Positions 40,062-50,557 of a DNA stretch of 64,000 nt are shown piece by piece. A program made the translations under genes and the position numbers. How positions within the stretch are numbered: the stretch's first letter is position 1; each line of letters begins with the position of its first letter. The notes beneath the pieces are model-generated. The model had not been told where the DNA came from, did not search any database, and worked only from the letters and a program-made list of their open reading frames with translations. Source of the DNA: an uncultured Gemmatimonadaceae bacterium (GTDB taxonomy: Bacteria; Gemmatimonadota; Gemmatimonadetes; Gemmatimonadales; Gemmatimonadaceae); assembly GCA_963822945.1 (NCBI GenBank), contig CAWGJO010000021.1, positions 1-64,000 of the forward strand, written 5' to 3'.

Positions 40062-41114
40062 ATGCTGGTCGTAATGCAGCACGGCGCGACGTCGGAACAG
40101 GTGGAGCGCGTGGTTCACGTGATCGAGGAAATGGGCTACCAGGCGCGTTCCATGCCGGGCGAGCAGCGCACGGCGGTGGGACTGGTGGGCAACGACGGGC
40201 GCGTCGACTCGTCGCGCATCGAGGCCCTGCCGGGCGTGGCCGAAGTCATACATGTCTCCAAGCCGTACAAGCAGGTGTCGCGCGAATGGCAGCCGCAGAA
40301 CACCGTGGTCACCATCTCGCCGGGCGTGAGCTTCGGCGGGCGCGACGTGGCGATCATCGCCGGTCCCTGTTCGGTGGAGAACGAGCATCAGATCGTCACC
40401 GCGGCCCGGGCCGTCCGCGCGGCCGGCGCCACCGCCCTGCGCGGCGGCGCCTTCAAGCCCCGGAGCTCCCCGTATGCCTTCCAGGGATTGGGCAAGAAGG
40501 GGCTGGAGATGCTCGCCCTGGCCAAGCGCGAGACGGGCCTGCCCATCGTCACCGAGGCGCTGGACGAGGAGGGGGCGCACCTCGTGGCCCAGTACGCCGA
40601 CTGCATCCAGGTGGGCGCGCGCAACATGCAGAACTACTCGCTGCTGCGCGCCGTGGGCCGCATCGGCAAGCCGGTGCTGCTCAAGCGCGGCATGGCGGCC
40701 ACCATCAACGATCTGCTGATGAGCGCCGAGTACATCCTGGCCGAGGGCAACAACCAGGTGATTCTGTGCGAACGCGGCATCCGCAGCTTCGACACCACCA
40801 CGCGCAACCTGCTCGACCTCACGGCCATCCCGGTGGTGCAGAAGCTCTCGCACCTGCCGATGATCGCCGATCCGAGCCACGGCACGGGGCTGCGCGAGAA
40901 GGTGACGCCGATGGCCCGCGCGGCCATCGCCGCCGGCGCCGACGGCATCATCGTCGAGGTGCACCCGACTCCCGACCGCGCCCTCTCCGACGGCGGGCAG
41001 TCGCTCTACCCCGAGCAGTTCGCGCGGCTGGTCACCGAGATCCGCGCCATCGCCGCGGCGATCGGCCGCACGGTGTTACCGACGCCTGGAACCGCCCCGA
41101 TCTCGGTCGGGTAA
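40062..41114 (+). CDS. aroF: 3-deoxy-7-phosphoheptulonate synthase (class I-beta with N-terminal regulatory domain)
   Basis: [40 protein letters not shown]. Confidence 0.96.
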   Translation: MLVVMQHGATSEQVERVVHVIEEMGYQARSMPGEQRTAVGLVGNDGRVDSSRIEALPGVAEVIHVSKPYKQVSREWQPQNTVVTISPGVSFGGRDVAIIAGPCSVENEHQIVTAARAVRAAGATALRGGAFKPRSSPYAFQGLGKKGLEMLALAKRETGLPIVTEALDEEGAHLVAQYADCIQVGARNMQNYSLLRAVGRIGKPVLLKRGMAATINDLLMSAEYILAEGNNQVILCERGIRSFDTTTRNLLDLTAIPVVQKLSHLPMIADPSHGTGLREKVTPMARAAIAAGADGIIVEVHPTPDRALSDGGQSLYPEQFARLVTEIRAIAAAIGRTVLPTPGTAPISVG

Positions 41115-41121
41115 CACCAGC

Positions 41122-41148
41122 AGACGCCGCGCACGCCGCGCGGCGTCT
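41122..41148 (+). terminator. GC-rich hairpin after aroF
   Basis: Perfect 11-bp stem 41122-41132 / 41138-41148, weak U-tract. Confidence 0.4.
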
Positions 41149-41165
41149 TCACATCGGGGAGCCCC

Positions 41166-41843
41166 ATGTTCGCACACCGTACCACCCTCGCCCTGCTCGC
41201 CGCCGGCACCTGGGCCGCGCTGGCTCCGGCCGCGGCGCGCGCCCAGCAGTCGCCCGAGCGGGCCGCCGTGCAGCATGCGGTGGACGTGTGGCAGGGCGTG
41301 CACAGCGTGCGGGCGTCGTTCGAACAGACCGTGAGCAACGCGCTCACCGGCAGCACGGCGCACGCCCGGGGGGAGTACCAGCAGCGGCGCCCCGACCGGC
41401 TCGCCGTGCGCTTCCAGGATCCCGACGGCGACCGGATCGTGGCCGACGGCACCTGGCTCTGGCTCTACCTTCCCAGCAGCACGCCGAATCAGGTGATCAA
41501 GCGCCGTGAGACGGCCCAGGGCAGCGGGACGGTGGACATCACCGGCCAGTTCCTCGACCACCCGTTCGCGAAGTACGACATCGCCGACGGCGGGGCGGAC
41601 ACGGTGGCCGGACGCGCGACACGGCTGGTGCTGCTCACCCCGAAACCCGACGGGCCCAAGGACTTCACGCGCGCCAAGGTGTGGATCGACGACGCCGACG
41701 GGTACATCCGCCAGTTCGAGGTCTCGCAGACCAACGGCGTCACGCGCTTCGTGCGCCTCACGTCGCTGCAGGTGAACGTGCCCACGGACGACGCCGCGTT
41801 CCACTTCGTCGTGCCCAAGGGCGCGCGGGTGGTCGCGCGCTGA
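41166..41843 (+). CDS. lolA: Outer-membrane lipoprotein chaperone LolA
   Basis: Signal peptide, [27 protein letters not shown]. Confidence 0.88.
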   Translation: MFAHRTTLALLAAGTWAALAPAAARAQQSPERAAVQHAVDVWQGVHSVRASFEQTVSNALTGSTAHARGEYQQRRPDRLAVRFQDPDGDRIVADGTWLWLYLPSSTPNQVIKRRETAQGSGTVDITGQFLDHPFAKYDIADGGADTVAGRATRLVLLTPKPDGPKDFTRAKVWIDDADGYIRQFEVSQTNGVTRFVRLTSLQVNVPTDDAAFHFVVPKGARVVAR

Positions 41844-41869
41844 CACGACGGCCGGCCGACGGTTATACT
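41840..41869 (+). promoter_or_regulatory. Sigma-70 promoter for the DUF929-VKOR pair
   Basis: CTGACA-18 nt-TATACT. Confidence 0.45.
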
Positions 41870-41896
41870 AGACCCTCCCGCACCGGAGACCCACTC

Positions 41897-42741
41897 GTGG
41901 CTCAGAACCCGAAGAAGCTGAACTCGCTGCTGGTCGTGGTCGCGCTGGCACTCGTGGCGACGATCGTGTTCGCGGTCAACCGCCGGCACGCCACCCCGCC
42001 GGCCGCCGCGGCCGCCCTGATCTCCACGCCCGTGCCCGACTCGGTGATGACGGCCTTCACGTCCATCACGCCGGCCACGTGGGAGCGGGCGGGCACCACC
42101 GGCGCCACCGTCCCGATCTTCGTCGGCACCGCCGATACCACGCCCGGCAAGCCGGTGGTCCTGTACATCGGCTCGCTGTACTGCCCATACTGCGCCGCCG
42201 CCCGCTGGTCGGTGATCGCCGCCCTGTCGCGGTTCGGCCAGTTCTCCGGGCTCACCTACTCCGCGTCGTCGTCGGTGGACGTGTTTCCCAGCACGCCGAC
42301 CTTCTCGTTCTACGGCGGCCATTACACGAGCCAGTACATCGACTTCCACTCCGTGGAGCTGCCAGGGCGCCGAGCCCATCGCCGGCCGCTACCCCACGCT
42401 GGAAACGCCCACCCAGGAGCAGGAAGCGCTGATCGAGAAGTACGACGGCCCACCCTACCTCGACAAGGCGAGCGCCGGCGGCATTCCGTTCATGCTCGTG
42501 GGCGGCCGGTACATGTGGAGCGGGTCGCCGTACAACCCGGGCCTGCTCGCGGGCCAGTCGCACGCCGGCATCGCCGCCTCGCTGCCCACCGGCTCCGGAC
42601 CCGCGGCGCAGGCGATCCTGGCCAACGCCAGTGAGATCACGGCTGCCATCTGCGCGGTGGACGGGAATCAGCCGAAGGACGTGTGCATCGGGCGCCCCGA
42701 TTCCGCAGGCGGTGAAGGCGCTGCCTACCAAGGTGCCGTGA
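41897..42741 (+). CDS. DUF929 thioredoxin-like membrane-anchored protein (frameshifted)
   Basis: [41 protein letters not shown]. Confidence 0.8.
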
Positions 42742-43196
42742 TGCAACGGCGGTCCTACGACCGGCTCCGAATGCTGCTCTCGGTGACCGGTCTGCTGATC
42801 GCCGGCTACCTCACACTCCTCCACTACGACAGCAACGTCCCCCTCGTGTGCAGCGGGGGGGCGTTCGTCAACTGTGAGCAGGTGCTCACCAGTTCGTCGG
42901 CCTTCGTGGCCGGGATCCCCGTGGCCGTCCTCGGCGTCGTCTGGTTCGTGGTGGAGGTCGTCCTCGCACTGCTGTCGGCGCGGGCGAGCAACGGCCGGGA
43001 GCCGGCGTGGCTGCGCGCGGCGGGGTTCGCCTGGGTCCTGATCGGCACCGCCAGCGTGCTCTGGCTCGTCTATCAGGAGTTGGGCGTCATCGGCAAGATC
43101 TGCGCCTGGTGCACGGCGGTGCACGTGATCATTCTGGCGCTGCTGGTGGTGCAGGTGCAGAGCGATCCGCTGCGCGCGGCGCCCGATTCGACGTAG
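42741..43196 (+). CDS. Vitamin K epoxide reductase (VKOR) family protein
   Basis: C..C loop (LVC..VNCEQVLTS), GIPVAVLG, ICAWC. Confidence 0.92.
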   Translation: MQRRSYDRLRMLLSVTGLLIAGYLTLLHYDSNVPLVCSGGAFVNCEQVLTSSSAFVAGIPVAVLGVVWFVVEVVLALLSARASNGREPAWLRAAGFAWVLIGTASVLWLVYQELGVIGKICAWCTAVHVIILALLVVQVQSDPLRAAPDST

Positions 43197-43251
43197 CGGG
43201 CCCCGGCGGCCCCCGCTGGTGAGCGGGTTCCGGCCGGCTACCCGGAATGCC

Positions 43252-43899
43252 TTACGAGAGTCCGAGCCGCTCCTCGACCACCGCCCGCACCCGCGCGAAC
43301 ACCTCGTCCTCCGCGCCCGACGCGTCGACGATCACGATCGGGCCGCACTCGGGATGCGCGGCCTGCCAGCCCGCGTCGGCGAACGCCGCGAACGCCTGCG
43401 ATACCCGGTGGTGGAAATCGTCGGCGTTCCGTTCCATGCGATCGCGCTCGCCGCGCTGCGCGGCCCGTGCCAGCCCCTCGCCCACCGGCAGCGTCATCAG
43501 CAACGTGAGATCGGGCACGAGCCCGTTGGTGGCCACGGCGTTGGCCCGCCGCACCTCGGTTTCGGGCAGGCCGCGCCCCGCGCCCTGATAGGCGTACGTG
43601 GAGAGGAAGAAGCGGTCGAGCAGGACCACGTGTCCGGCCTCGAGCCCGGGCCGGACGAGCGTCTCCACCAGCTGCGCCCGCGAGGCCATGAACAGCAGCG
43701 CCTCGGCGCGCGGCGTGATGTCGGAGGCCGGATCGAGCAGGACGCGGCGGATCTCGTCGCCCAGCGGCGTGCCGCCGGGTTCACGGTGCGCGTGCACCAC
43801 CCGGCCGCCCGATTCCAGCCATGGTGCGAGACGGCGGAGCTGCGTCGACTTGCCGACGCCCTCCGCCCCCTCGAAGACGATCAACGGACCACGTGTCAT
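43252..43899 (-). CDS. tmk: Thymidylate kinase
   Basis: FEGAEGVGKST, REPGGT, DRFFLSTYAYQG. Confidence 0.97.
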   Translation of the reverse strand: MTRGPLIVFEGAEGVGKSTQLRRLAPWLESGGRVVHAHREPGGTPLGDEIRRVLLDPASDITPRAEALLFMASRAQLVETLVRPGLEAGHVVLLDRFFLSTYAYQGAGRGLPETEVRRANAVATNGLVPDLTLLMTLPVGEGLARAAQRGERDRMERNADDFHHRVSQAFAAFADAGWQAAHPECGPIVIVDASGAEDEVFARVRAVVEERLGLS

Positions 43900-43900
43900 G

Positions 43901-44253
43901 TCACCCCAACATGATGATCGGACTCGCGGCGCCCTTCTCGATGCCCTCGAGAATCCAATCGTTCACCTTCCCCATGGTCTTGTCGAAGTTCTCCTGCGCC
44001 ACGATCAGCCGCTGGTACACCGCCTGCCCCTGCACCTTGGTGAGCAGGTCGTCGAGCTGCTGCTCCATCTCGGGCGTCGGCCGTTGGCCGCCGGCGATCA
44101 TCTTCTGCGCATCCAGCCGCAGCTCTCCATCTGCTTGAGCAGGGCCACGGCGTCCTTGTCCTCGGCCAGCGCCTCGTTGGCGCGCTTGAGGGCCTGATAT
44201 TCGGTGCTCTGGCCGATGAACCGGCCCAGGTCTTTGGCTTTCTCTTCGATCAT
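43901..44253 (-). CDS. YlbF/YmcA (Com_YlbF)-like protein (frameshift near 44125)
   Basis: KAKDLGRFIGQSTEYQALK...DKDAVALL then ...LIVAQENFDKTMGKVNDWI. Confidence 0.7.
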
Positions 44254-45185
44254 GCGTGCTCCCGTCGTCGTGCGAGTACGAACCGTTCGCGCCCGGCGAG
44301 GTCGAACCGCACCGAGACGTCTGCGAAAGCTGCTTCGGCGGACACCATCTCCGCCACCAGCGAGGCGCGGCGCCCGTCGACTTCGAGCGCGAGCACACCA
44401 CCGGCCTCCAACCGAGCCGCTGCGCCGCGCACCAATTCGCGCGTCGCCGCCAACCCGTTCTCTCCGCTGAGCAGCGCCGTCACCGGCTCCCAATCGCGCA
44501 CCGATGGCGGCAGGGCCGCGGTTTCCTCGAATGCAATGTAGGGCGGGTTGGACACGATTGCCCGCGCCCGGACCTCCCCCACCGGCCGCAGCAGCGATCC
44601 CTGGCGGAATTCCACCGGAGCGCGGGATCGCCGCCGCGAGCGCCGACGCGTTGTCGCGCGCCACCGCCAGCGCGTCGGCTGAGACGTCCGTGCCGATCAG
44701 GCGAGCGAACGTGCCCTCCTGCGCCAGCGCCAGCGCGATGGCGCCCGACCCCGTGCCGACGTCGATCGCCACGCCGCCCGACCCGTCGCGCGTCAACTCG
44801 AGCACGAACTCCACCAGCAACTCCGTCTCGGGGCGCGGGATCAGCACGCGCGGGTCCACCTCGAGCGTGAGACGCCGAAAGCTGGCCCGTCCCACCGCGT
44901 ACTGGAACGGCATGCCCGCCGCCAGGCGGTGCGCCGCCTGCACGGCGCGCGGGAACAGCATCAGGTCGGCGGGCTCGTGCCCGTGCAGCAGCGTCCAGTG
45001 GCGCCCCACGTCGAGCAGCGCGGCCACGATCTCACGCGCCGCCATGGCGGCGTTCGGGGCGCCGGCGTCGCGCCAGCTCCTCCGCCGTCTGCCGCACCAC
45101 GGCGCCCACGGTCAGCCCTGCCGCATCCACCGCGATGGGCGTGGCGCCCGGGCGGGGCGCGCCCGGGCCGACGGCGGTCAGGCAA
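44250..45185 (-). CDS. prmC: Release factor glutamine methyltransferase (frameshifted)
   Basis: PFQYAVG, VLIPRPETE, DVGTGSGAIA, SNPPY; directly after prfA; start uncertain. Confidence 0.9.
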
Positions 45186-46245
45186 CGCTCAGTCGCTCCT
45201 CGACGTCGGCCAGGCGCAGCGCCTCCATGAGGTCGCCGAGGTCCCCGTCGAGCACGCGCTGCAGATCGTGCGTCGTGTAGCCGATGCGATGGTCGGTGAT
45301 GCGACTCTGCGGAAAGTTGTACGTGCGGATCTTCGCCGACCGGTCGCCGGTGCCCACCTGCGTCTTGCGCACGCGCGAGCGCTCCGCCTCGCGCTCCGCC
45401 AGCCGCAGGTCGAGCAGGCGGGCCCGCAGCACTTCCATGGCCTTGGCGCGGTTCTGGATCTGCGAGCGCTGGTCCTGCTGGCTGATCACCAGTCCGGTGG
45501 GAAGGTGCGTGATGCGCACGGCGGAATCGGTGGTGTTCACCCCCTGGCCGCCGGGGCCCGAGGCGCGGAACACGTCGATGCGCAGCTCCTTCTCGTCGAT
45601 CTTCACGTCCACTTCCTCGGCTTCGGGCAGCACCGCCACCGTGGCGGCCGAGGTGTGGATGCGCCCCTGCGCCTCCGTGGCGGGCACCCGTTGCACGCGA
45701 TGCACGCCCGACTCCCAGCGCATGGCGCCGAAGGCACCGTCGCCCGCCACCTTGAAGATGACTTCCTTCACGCCGCCCAGCGCGCCTTCGGAGTACGACA
45801 TCACCTCGAGCTTCCAGTGGCGGCGCTCGCAGTAGCGCGTGTACATGCGGTACAGGTCGGCGGCGAACAGCGCGGCCTCGTCTCCGCCGGTGCCGGCCCG
45901 GATCTCGACGATGGCGTTGCGGTCGTCGAGCGGATCGTGCGGCACGATCAACGGCTTGAGCCGTGCTTCGATCTGCTCGATGGACGCTTCCAGCCGCTCG
46001 ACCTCGGCGGCCGCCTCGGCCGCCATGTCCGGGTCGTCAATGGAAACGAGCTCGCGCGCCTGCACGAGCTCGTTCTCTTCCTTCTGCAATCGGGCCGCCA
46101 GTTCGACCAGCGGCGTCAACCGCCGGTGTTCCCGTCCCAGCTCGGCCAGCTTCTTGGAATCGCGGAGTGAGCCCGGATCGGACAGCGCGCGCTCGACCTC
46201 AGCGGCGCGAGCCAGCTGCTCGGCGAGGCGGTCGCGGAGACTCAG
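45178..46245 (-). CDS. prfA: Peptide chain release factor 1
   Basis: [22 protein letters not shown] (PxT motif), [13 protein letters not shown]; start probably a CTG overlapping the rpmE stop. Confidence 0.97.
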   Translation of the reverse strand: MSLRDRLAEQLARAAEVERALSDPGSLRDSKKLAELGREHRRLTPLVELAARLQKEENELVQARELVSIDDPDMAAEAAAEVERLEASIEQIEARLKPLIVPHDPLDDRNAIVEIRAGTGGDEAALFAADLYRMYTRYCERRHWKLEVMSYSEGALGGVKEVIFKVAGDGAFGAMRWESGVHRVQRVPATEAQGRIHTSAATVAVLPEAEEVDVKIDEKELRIDVFRASGPGGQGVNTTDSAVRITHLPTGLVISQQDQRSQIQNRAKAMEVLRARLLDLRLAEREAERSRVRKTQVGTGDRSAKIRTYNFPQSRITDHRIGYTTHDLQRVLDGDLGDLMEALRLADVEERLSVA

Positions 46246-46445
46246 GCCTTCTTCCCGAACTTCTGGCGGAAGCGCTCCACGCGGCCGGCGGTGTCCACGA
46301 GGCGCTGCTTGCCGGTGTAGAACGGATGGCACTCGGAGCACACGTCGGTGTGGATCTCGGCCTGGGTGGAGCGCGTCTGGAACGTATTCCCGCAGGCGCA
46401 CTTCACGGTTGCCGTCGCGTACTCGGGATGGATGTCGGTCTTCAC
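46242..46445 (-). CDS. rpmE: 50S ribosomal protein L31 (Zn-binding form)
   Basis: [21 protein letters not shown]. Confidence 0.98.
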   Translation of the reverse strand: MKTDIHPEYATATVKCACGNTFQTRSTQAEIHTDVCSECHPFYTGKQRLVDTAGRVERFRQKFGKKA

Positions 46446-46481
46446 GAAAACCTCGAAATCATGGGTGGTGCAGAGCTATGA

Positions 46482-46511
46482 AATATAGCCGCCGTCGGAC
46501 GTAAAAGACAA
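46482..46511 (-). promoter_or_regulatory. Sigma-70 promoter of the rpmE-prfA-prmC operon
   Basis: Minus strand TTGTCT-18 nt-TATATT. Confidence 0.5.
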
Positions 46512-46584
46512 GCGGGCAACGGCTTGGGAAGTGGCCCCGTCTCTCCAGACAGCCTAATCAGGCCGTCAATGGGGTGGCGCCACG

Positions 46585-48594
46585 CTACTCCGGCGGCGTG
46601 AACCCCACCGCCCGCCAGATGTCCGCGTTCCGGTACAGCACCCCGCGCTTCATGACGAACCGGACCCGGCTCACATTCCTGATGTCGTCGAGCGGGTTGG
46701 CGTCCAGCACGATGAGGTCGGCCGCGAACCCCGGGGCAACGGTCCCCACGTGACCGGCCATTCCCATGGCCCGCGCGGAAACCGACGTGGCGGCGAGCAG
46801 TGCATCCATGTTGGACATCCCCGCCATCGTGTAGAGCTGCAGCTCGCGATACAGGCTGAATCCGGGCACGCCCTCGTCGGTGCCGGGCAGGAGTGGCACG
46901 CCGGCGGCGTACAGTTCGTGAAGCACGCCGAGCATGTTGCGCTGGATGCCGTGTGCGCGCGCCGTATCGGTGTGCGCGCCCATCTGCACGATCCGCTGGC
47001 GCAGCACCGGGGGAAGATCCGGGACCTGCGGCACCAGGTCCGTCACCGGCTCAGCGGTGGAGTGGCGCAGCAGGTCCCCCCAGGACGCGGTGGGATCGAT
47101 GGCCACGTGATGCGCTGCGACGAACGCGACCTGGCCCCTCACCGAGTCGGAGCCGGCCGCCCCGCGAATCGGGATGTGCGCGATCTGGTCCTGTCCCGAG
47201 TCGATGGTGACATACAACCCGAGCGCCCGCGGCACGTGTCCCGTGACCGTCATGCCCAGACGGTGCGCTTCGCGCGTGATCGCGCCCACGACGGCGGGCT
47301 GCAGCAGGTCGTACATCTTGATCTGCGGAAACCCCAGGGCATGGTAGCGATCCACCACCGCCCGCCCCTCATCGGGCGTGTCGGCGGTGACCGCGCCGAA
47401 CGCGTTCGGGCCACCGCCATCGACGAGGCCCGCGAGCAGCAGCGTGGGCCCGATGGCGTCGCCCGAATCCACGGCTCGCCGCAGCGCCAACTCGAAGTCG
47501 ATCTCGTTGCCCATATCGCGCACCGTGGTCTCGCCTGCGGCCATGTACACCGGGAGCCACTCCATCTGGTGCAGATGTACGTGCATGTTCCAGAGGCCGG
47601 GCATGACCGTCTTGCCGCGCACGTCGATGCGCGTGGCGCCCGCCGGCACCGGCACGCGGTCGGCGGGCCCGGCGTCCACGATCCGACCCGCGCGTACCAC
47701 GACGGTGGCGTTGGCCACGGCAGGCCCACCCCGCCCGTCGATGAGCGTGCCCCCGACCAGCGCCACCGTGCCGAACGCCACCGGATGCACGCGGTGGGAG
47801 ATCGCTGCCAGATCGGCCATGCGGTCGCGGATCACCACGGACATGATCCGCGAATATGCCGGCACGAGCGCCGTCCGGATGGCCTCGAGTGTGAGCCCGC
47901 CGCCGCCACCCGAGGTCACCACCGCCAGCCGACCCTGGGCATCAACCCATACCGACTCCACCCCCCACACCACCCCGTCCACCGAATACCGCGTGAACGT
48001 CATCGCGCGCCCGGCCACCGTGAGCGTCGTCCGTCCCCGGTCCCCGATCGTCACCACATTCGTCGGTCCACCGGGCACCACGGCCAACGACGAGGGCCGC
48101 CCGTGGGCCAGCCAGTAGCGGAGCAGCAGCAGGTGCTGCGACATCGGATGATCGCCGGCGACCGCGAACGCCGTTGCCGGAAGCGAGACGGCGCGGGTGC
48201 CCGTCGGATCGGTCACCCGCGCCTGCCGGCCGCGCACGTCGACGCGGGCAACCGCGGTGGCGCTCGTATCGGTCACGCGCCACACGGCCAGCCGACGCGG
48301 CGAGTAGTCGGACCGCAGGCTCATGGTATCCACCACGTGCGTGCGGCGTCCCCGATCGAGATAGTCGAAGTCGGCCGTCGCCACGAACCCGGACGGTTGG
48401 CGCGCCACTCGGTAGTGCTCGTACCCGATCGCGTGCCCCACGTAGTAGAGTCGAAGCGAATCGGTCACGCCCCCGGAATCCGGCGCGACGGACACCGCGC
48501 GCGACGTGGGCCGACTCGGCGCCGCCGGCACGCCGGCGCCCGACGACAGCGAGAAACAGAGCGTAGCCAGGAATCCTGCGCGCGCGAGTGCCAT
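46585..48594 (-). CDS. Secreted amidohydrolase family protein
   Basis: Signal peptide, PGLWNMHVH, TTVRDMG, QIK, GH, GTD, ADLIVLDANPL. Confidence 0.9.
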   Translation of the reverse strand: MALARAGFLATLCFSLSSGAGVPAAPSRPTSRAVSVAPDSGGVTDSLRLYYVGHAIGYEHYRVARQPSGFVATADFDYLDRGRRTHVVDTMSLRSDYSPRRLAVWRVTDTSATAVARVDVRGRQARVTDPTGTRAVSLPATAFAVAGDHPMSQHLLLLRYWLAHGRPSSLAVVPGGPTNVVTIGDRGRTTLTVAGRAMTFTRYSVDGVVWGVESVWVDAQGRLAVVTSGGGGGLTLEAIRTALVPAYSRIMSVVIRDRMADLAAISHRVHPVAFGTVALVGGTLIDGRGGPAVANATVVVRAGRIVDAGPADRVPVPAGATRIDVRGKTVMPGLWNMHVHLHQMEWLPVYMAAGETTVRDMGNEIDFELALRRAVDSGDAIGPTLLLAGLVDGGGPNAFGAVTADTPDEGRAVVDRYHALGFPQIKMYDLLQPAVVGAITREAHRLGMTVTGHVPRALGLYVTIDSGQDQIAHIPIRGAAGSDSVRGQVAFVAAHHVAIDPTASWGDLLRHSTAEPVTDLVPQVPDLPPVLRQRIVQMGAHTDTARAHGIQRNMLGVLHELYAAGVPLLPGTDEGVPGFSLYRELQLYTMAGMSNMDALLAATSVSARAMGMAGHVGTVAPGFAADLIVLDANPLDDIRNVSRVRFVMKRGVLYRNADIWRAVGFTPPE

Positions 48595-48786
48595 GGGCGG
48601 ATCGGTGTGGGGGTGAGAACGCCGCGCCGCCGACGGGCGTCCTGCCAAGGTGGGCCGGCACCAATGCTACCGCCGAATGCCGCCGTGCGCCATGCGTGAC
48701 GGCATGCGACACCGCTGCCCACCACATCCGTGTTCCGTCGCCCCCCAACTACCTTCCCGCTCGGTTGCCCGGCGCCGCGTACCGAA

Positions 48787-48815
48787 TTGACTCGGCGGTC
48801 GGCGACCCATAGCTT
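48787..48815 (+). promoter_or_regulatory. Sigma-70 promoter for the crp-family gene
   Basis: TTGACT-17 nt-TAGCTT. Confidence 0.55.
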
Positions 48816-48878
48816 CGCGCCCATGTTCAGGGGCATGACACCGTACCCTTCCCCGCACGCGAGTGTTACCGCCTTGGT

Positions 48879-49559
48879 ATGACCCAGACCACCGCCGATT
48901 TCCTCGCCACCGTCCCGCTGTTCGGTGGCCTGGACCGCCAGGAGTTGGAGCGCTTCGCCGAACTCACCCGGGAGAAGACCTATCCGCGGGGAAGCGTGAT
49001 CCTGTTCGAGCACGACCCGGGCGATTCGTTGTTCGTGGTGCGCAGCGGCCGCGTGAAGGTGGTGCTGATCGGCGAGGACGGTCGCGAGGTCATTCTGGGG
49101 ATGCTCGGCGTGGGCGAACACTTCGGGGAGCTGTCGCTCATCGACGACCGTCCGCGCTCGGCCCACGTGATGGCAGTGGAGGATGCCGACCTCCTCGTGC
49201 TCCACCGCGACGACTTCCGTGCGCGCGTGGAATCGAGTCCGTCGGTGGCCTGGTCGCTACTCACGGAACTGTCGCGCCGGCTCCGCCGCGCCGACGACAA
49301 GATCGGCGGGCTGGTGTTGCTCGACGTGCCGGGCCGCATCGCGCGGCTGCTGCTGGACCTGGCCGACGAGGGCGGGAGCGCGTTGATCGAGAAGGCGCTC
49401 ACGCACCAGACGATCGCGCAGATGATCGGCGCCAGCCGGGAGACCGTGTCCCGCGCGATGAAGGATTTCCAGGAAGCCGGCTTGATCGGCGTGGAGCGGC
49501 GCCGCATCACGCTGCGCGACCGGACGGAGCTGGCCCGGCTGGCCCAGGTTCGCGTGTGA
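48879..49559 (+). CDS. Crp/Fnr family transcriptional regulator (cNMP-binding)
   Basis: FGELSLID..RSA cNMP pocket; HTH recognition helix SRETVSR. Confidence 0.95.
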   Translation: MTQTTADFLATVPLFGGLDRQELERFAELTREKTYPRGSVILFEHDPGDSLFVVRSGRVKVVLIGEDGREVILGMLGVGEHFGELSLIDDRPRSAHVMAVEDADLLVLHRDDFRARVESSPSVAWSLLTELSRRLRRADDKIGGLVLLDVPGRIARLLLDLADEGGSALIEKALTHQTIAQMIGASRETVSRAMKDFQEAGLIGVERRRITLRDRTELARLAQVRV

Positions 49560-49570
49560 CTGCGGTCACC
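49555..49570. promoter_or_regulatory. CRP-type binding site
   Basis: TGTGA-CTGCGG-TCACC, 9/10 match to TGTGA-N6-TCACA. Confidence 0.5.
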
Positions 49571-49647
49571 CGCCCGCAGTGACACGCTGACTGGCGGGGG
49601 AGGAGCGTGCGGCCCCATGTTGACCCGATGCGCCGACCGATGCCCAC

Positions 49648-50520
49648 ATGACCCTGCAACTTCAATTCTGGGGGACGCGCGGATCGATCCCGAGCCCGGG
49701 CCCGCGCACGGTGCGATACGGCGGTAACACCCCGTCCATCGAACTCCGCACCGCGGACGGCTGGCTGATCATCCTCGATGCCGGTACCGGACTGCGGGAA
49801 CTCGGACACTCGCTCATGGCGCGCGCCGCCGGCGCGCCGATCGTGGGTGACATCTTTCTCACACACGCCCACTGGGATCACATCCAGGGCCTGCCGTTCT
49901 TCGGCCCACTGTTCCAACGCGGCAACCACTTCACGATCTGGGGATCCCGGACCCTCGAGACGAGCATCGATCGCATCGTGCGCGACCAGATGTCGCCGGT
50001 GGTGTTCCCCGTCACGTTCGAGGAACTGGAGGCTCGCATAGACTTCTCGGAGATCGCGCGGCAACCCAAGCGCCGCCACGGCTATGAAGTGTCGGCGTAT
50101 CCCATGCGGCACCCGGGCGGCGCGCTCGGGTATCGGTTCACGGACGCAGAACCGGACGCGCGGCCGCTGGTCTACATCTCGGACAACGAACTCGGGACCG
50201 GCGGCCGCTACGACACCCCCGACGGATGGCGGCAGGGACTGCTGGCGTTCGTCCGCGGCGCGCGCGTGCTGGTGCACGACGCCACCTACACGGGGGAGGA
50301 GTACGGGCAGTTCCGCGGCTGGGGACATTCGACCTACGCCGACGCGGTAGGGCTGGCCCTCGAGGCCGGGGTCGAGCAGTTGGTGCTCTTCCATCACAAG
50401 CCGGAGCGCAGCGACGACGAGCTGGACGCGCGGGTGGAGGAGAGCCGGGAGATGGTGAGACAGCGGGGGGGACGACTCGACGTCGTCGCCGCCGCCGAAG
50501 GCATGACGCTGACGGTTTGA
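49648..50520 (+). CDS. MBL-fold metallo-hydrolase (putative phosphodiesterase)
   Basis: WGTRGSIP, YGGNT, DAGTG, THAHWDHIQG, WGHS, FHH. Confidence 0.9.
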   Translation: MTLQLQFWGTRGSIPSPGPRTVRYGGNTPSIELRTADGWLIILDAGTGLRELGHSLMARAAGAPIVGDIFLTHAHWDHIQGLPFFGPLFQRGNHFTIWGSRTLETSIDRIVRDQMSPVVFPVTFEELEARIDFSEIARQPKRRHGYEVSAYPMRHPGGALGYRFTDAEPDARPLVYISDNELGTGGRYDTPDGWRQGLLAFVRGARVLVHDATYTGEEYGQFRGWGHSTYADAVGLALEAGVEQLVLFHHKPERSDDELDARVEESREMVRQRGGRLDVVAAAEGMTLTV

Positions 50521-50557
50521 CGAAAGCACTCGGATGTACGCGTCTCGGGAGGAGACC

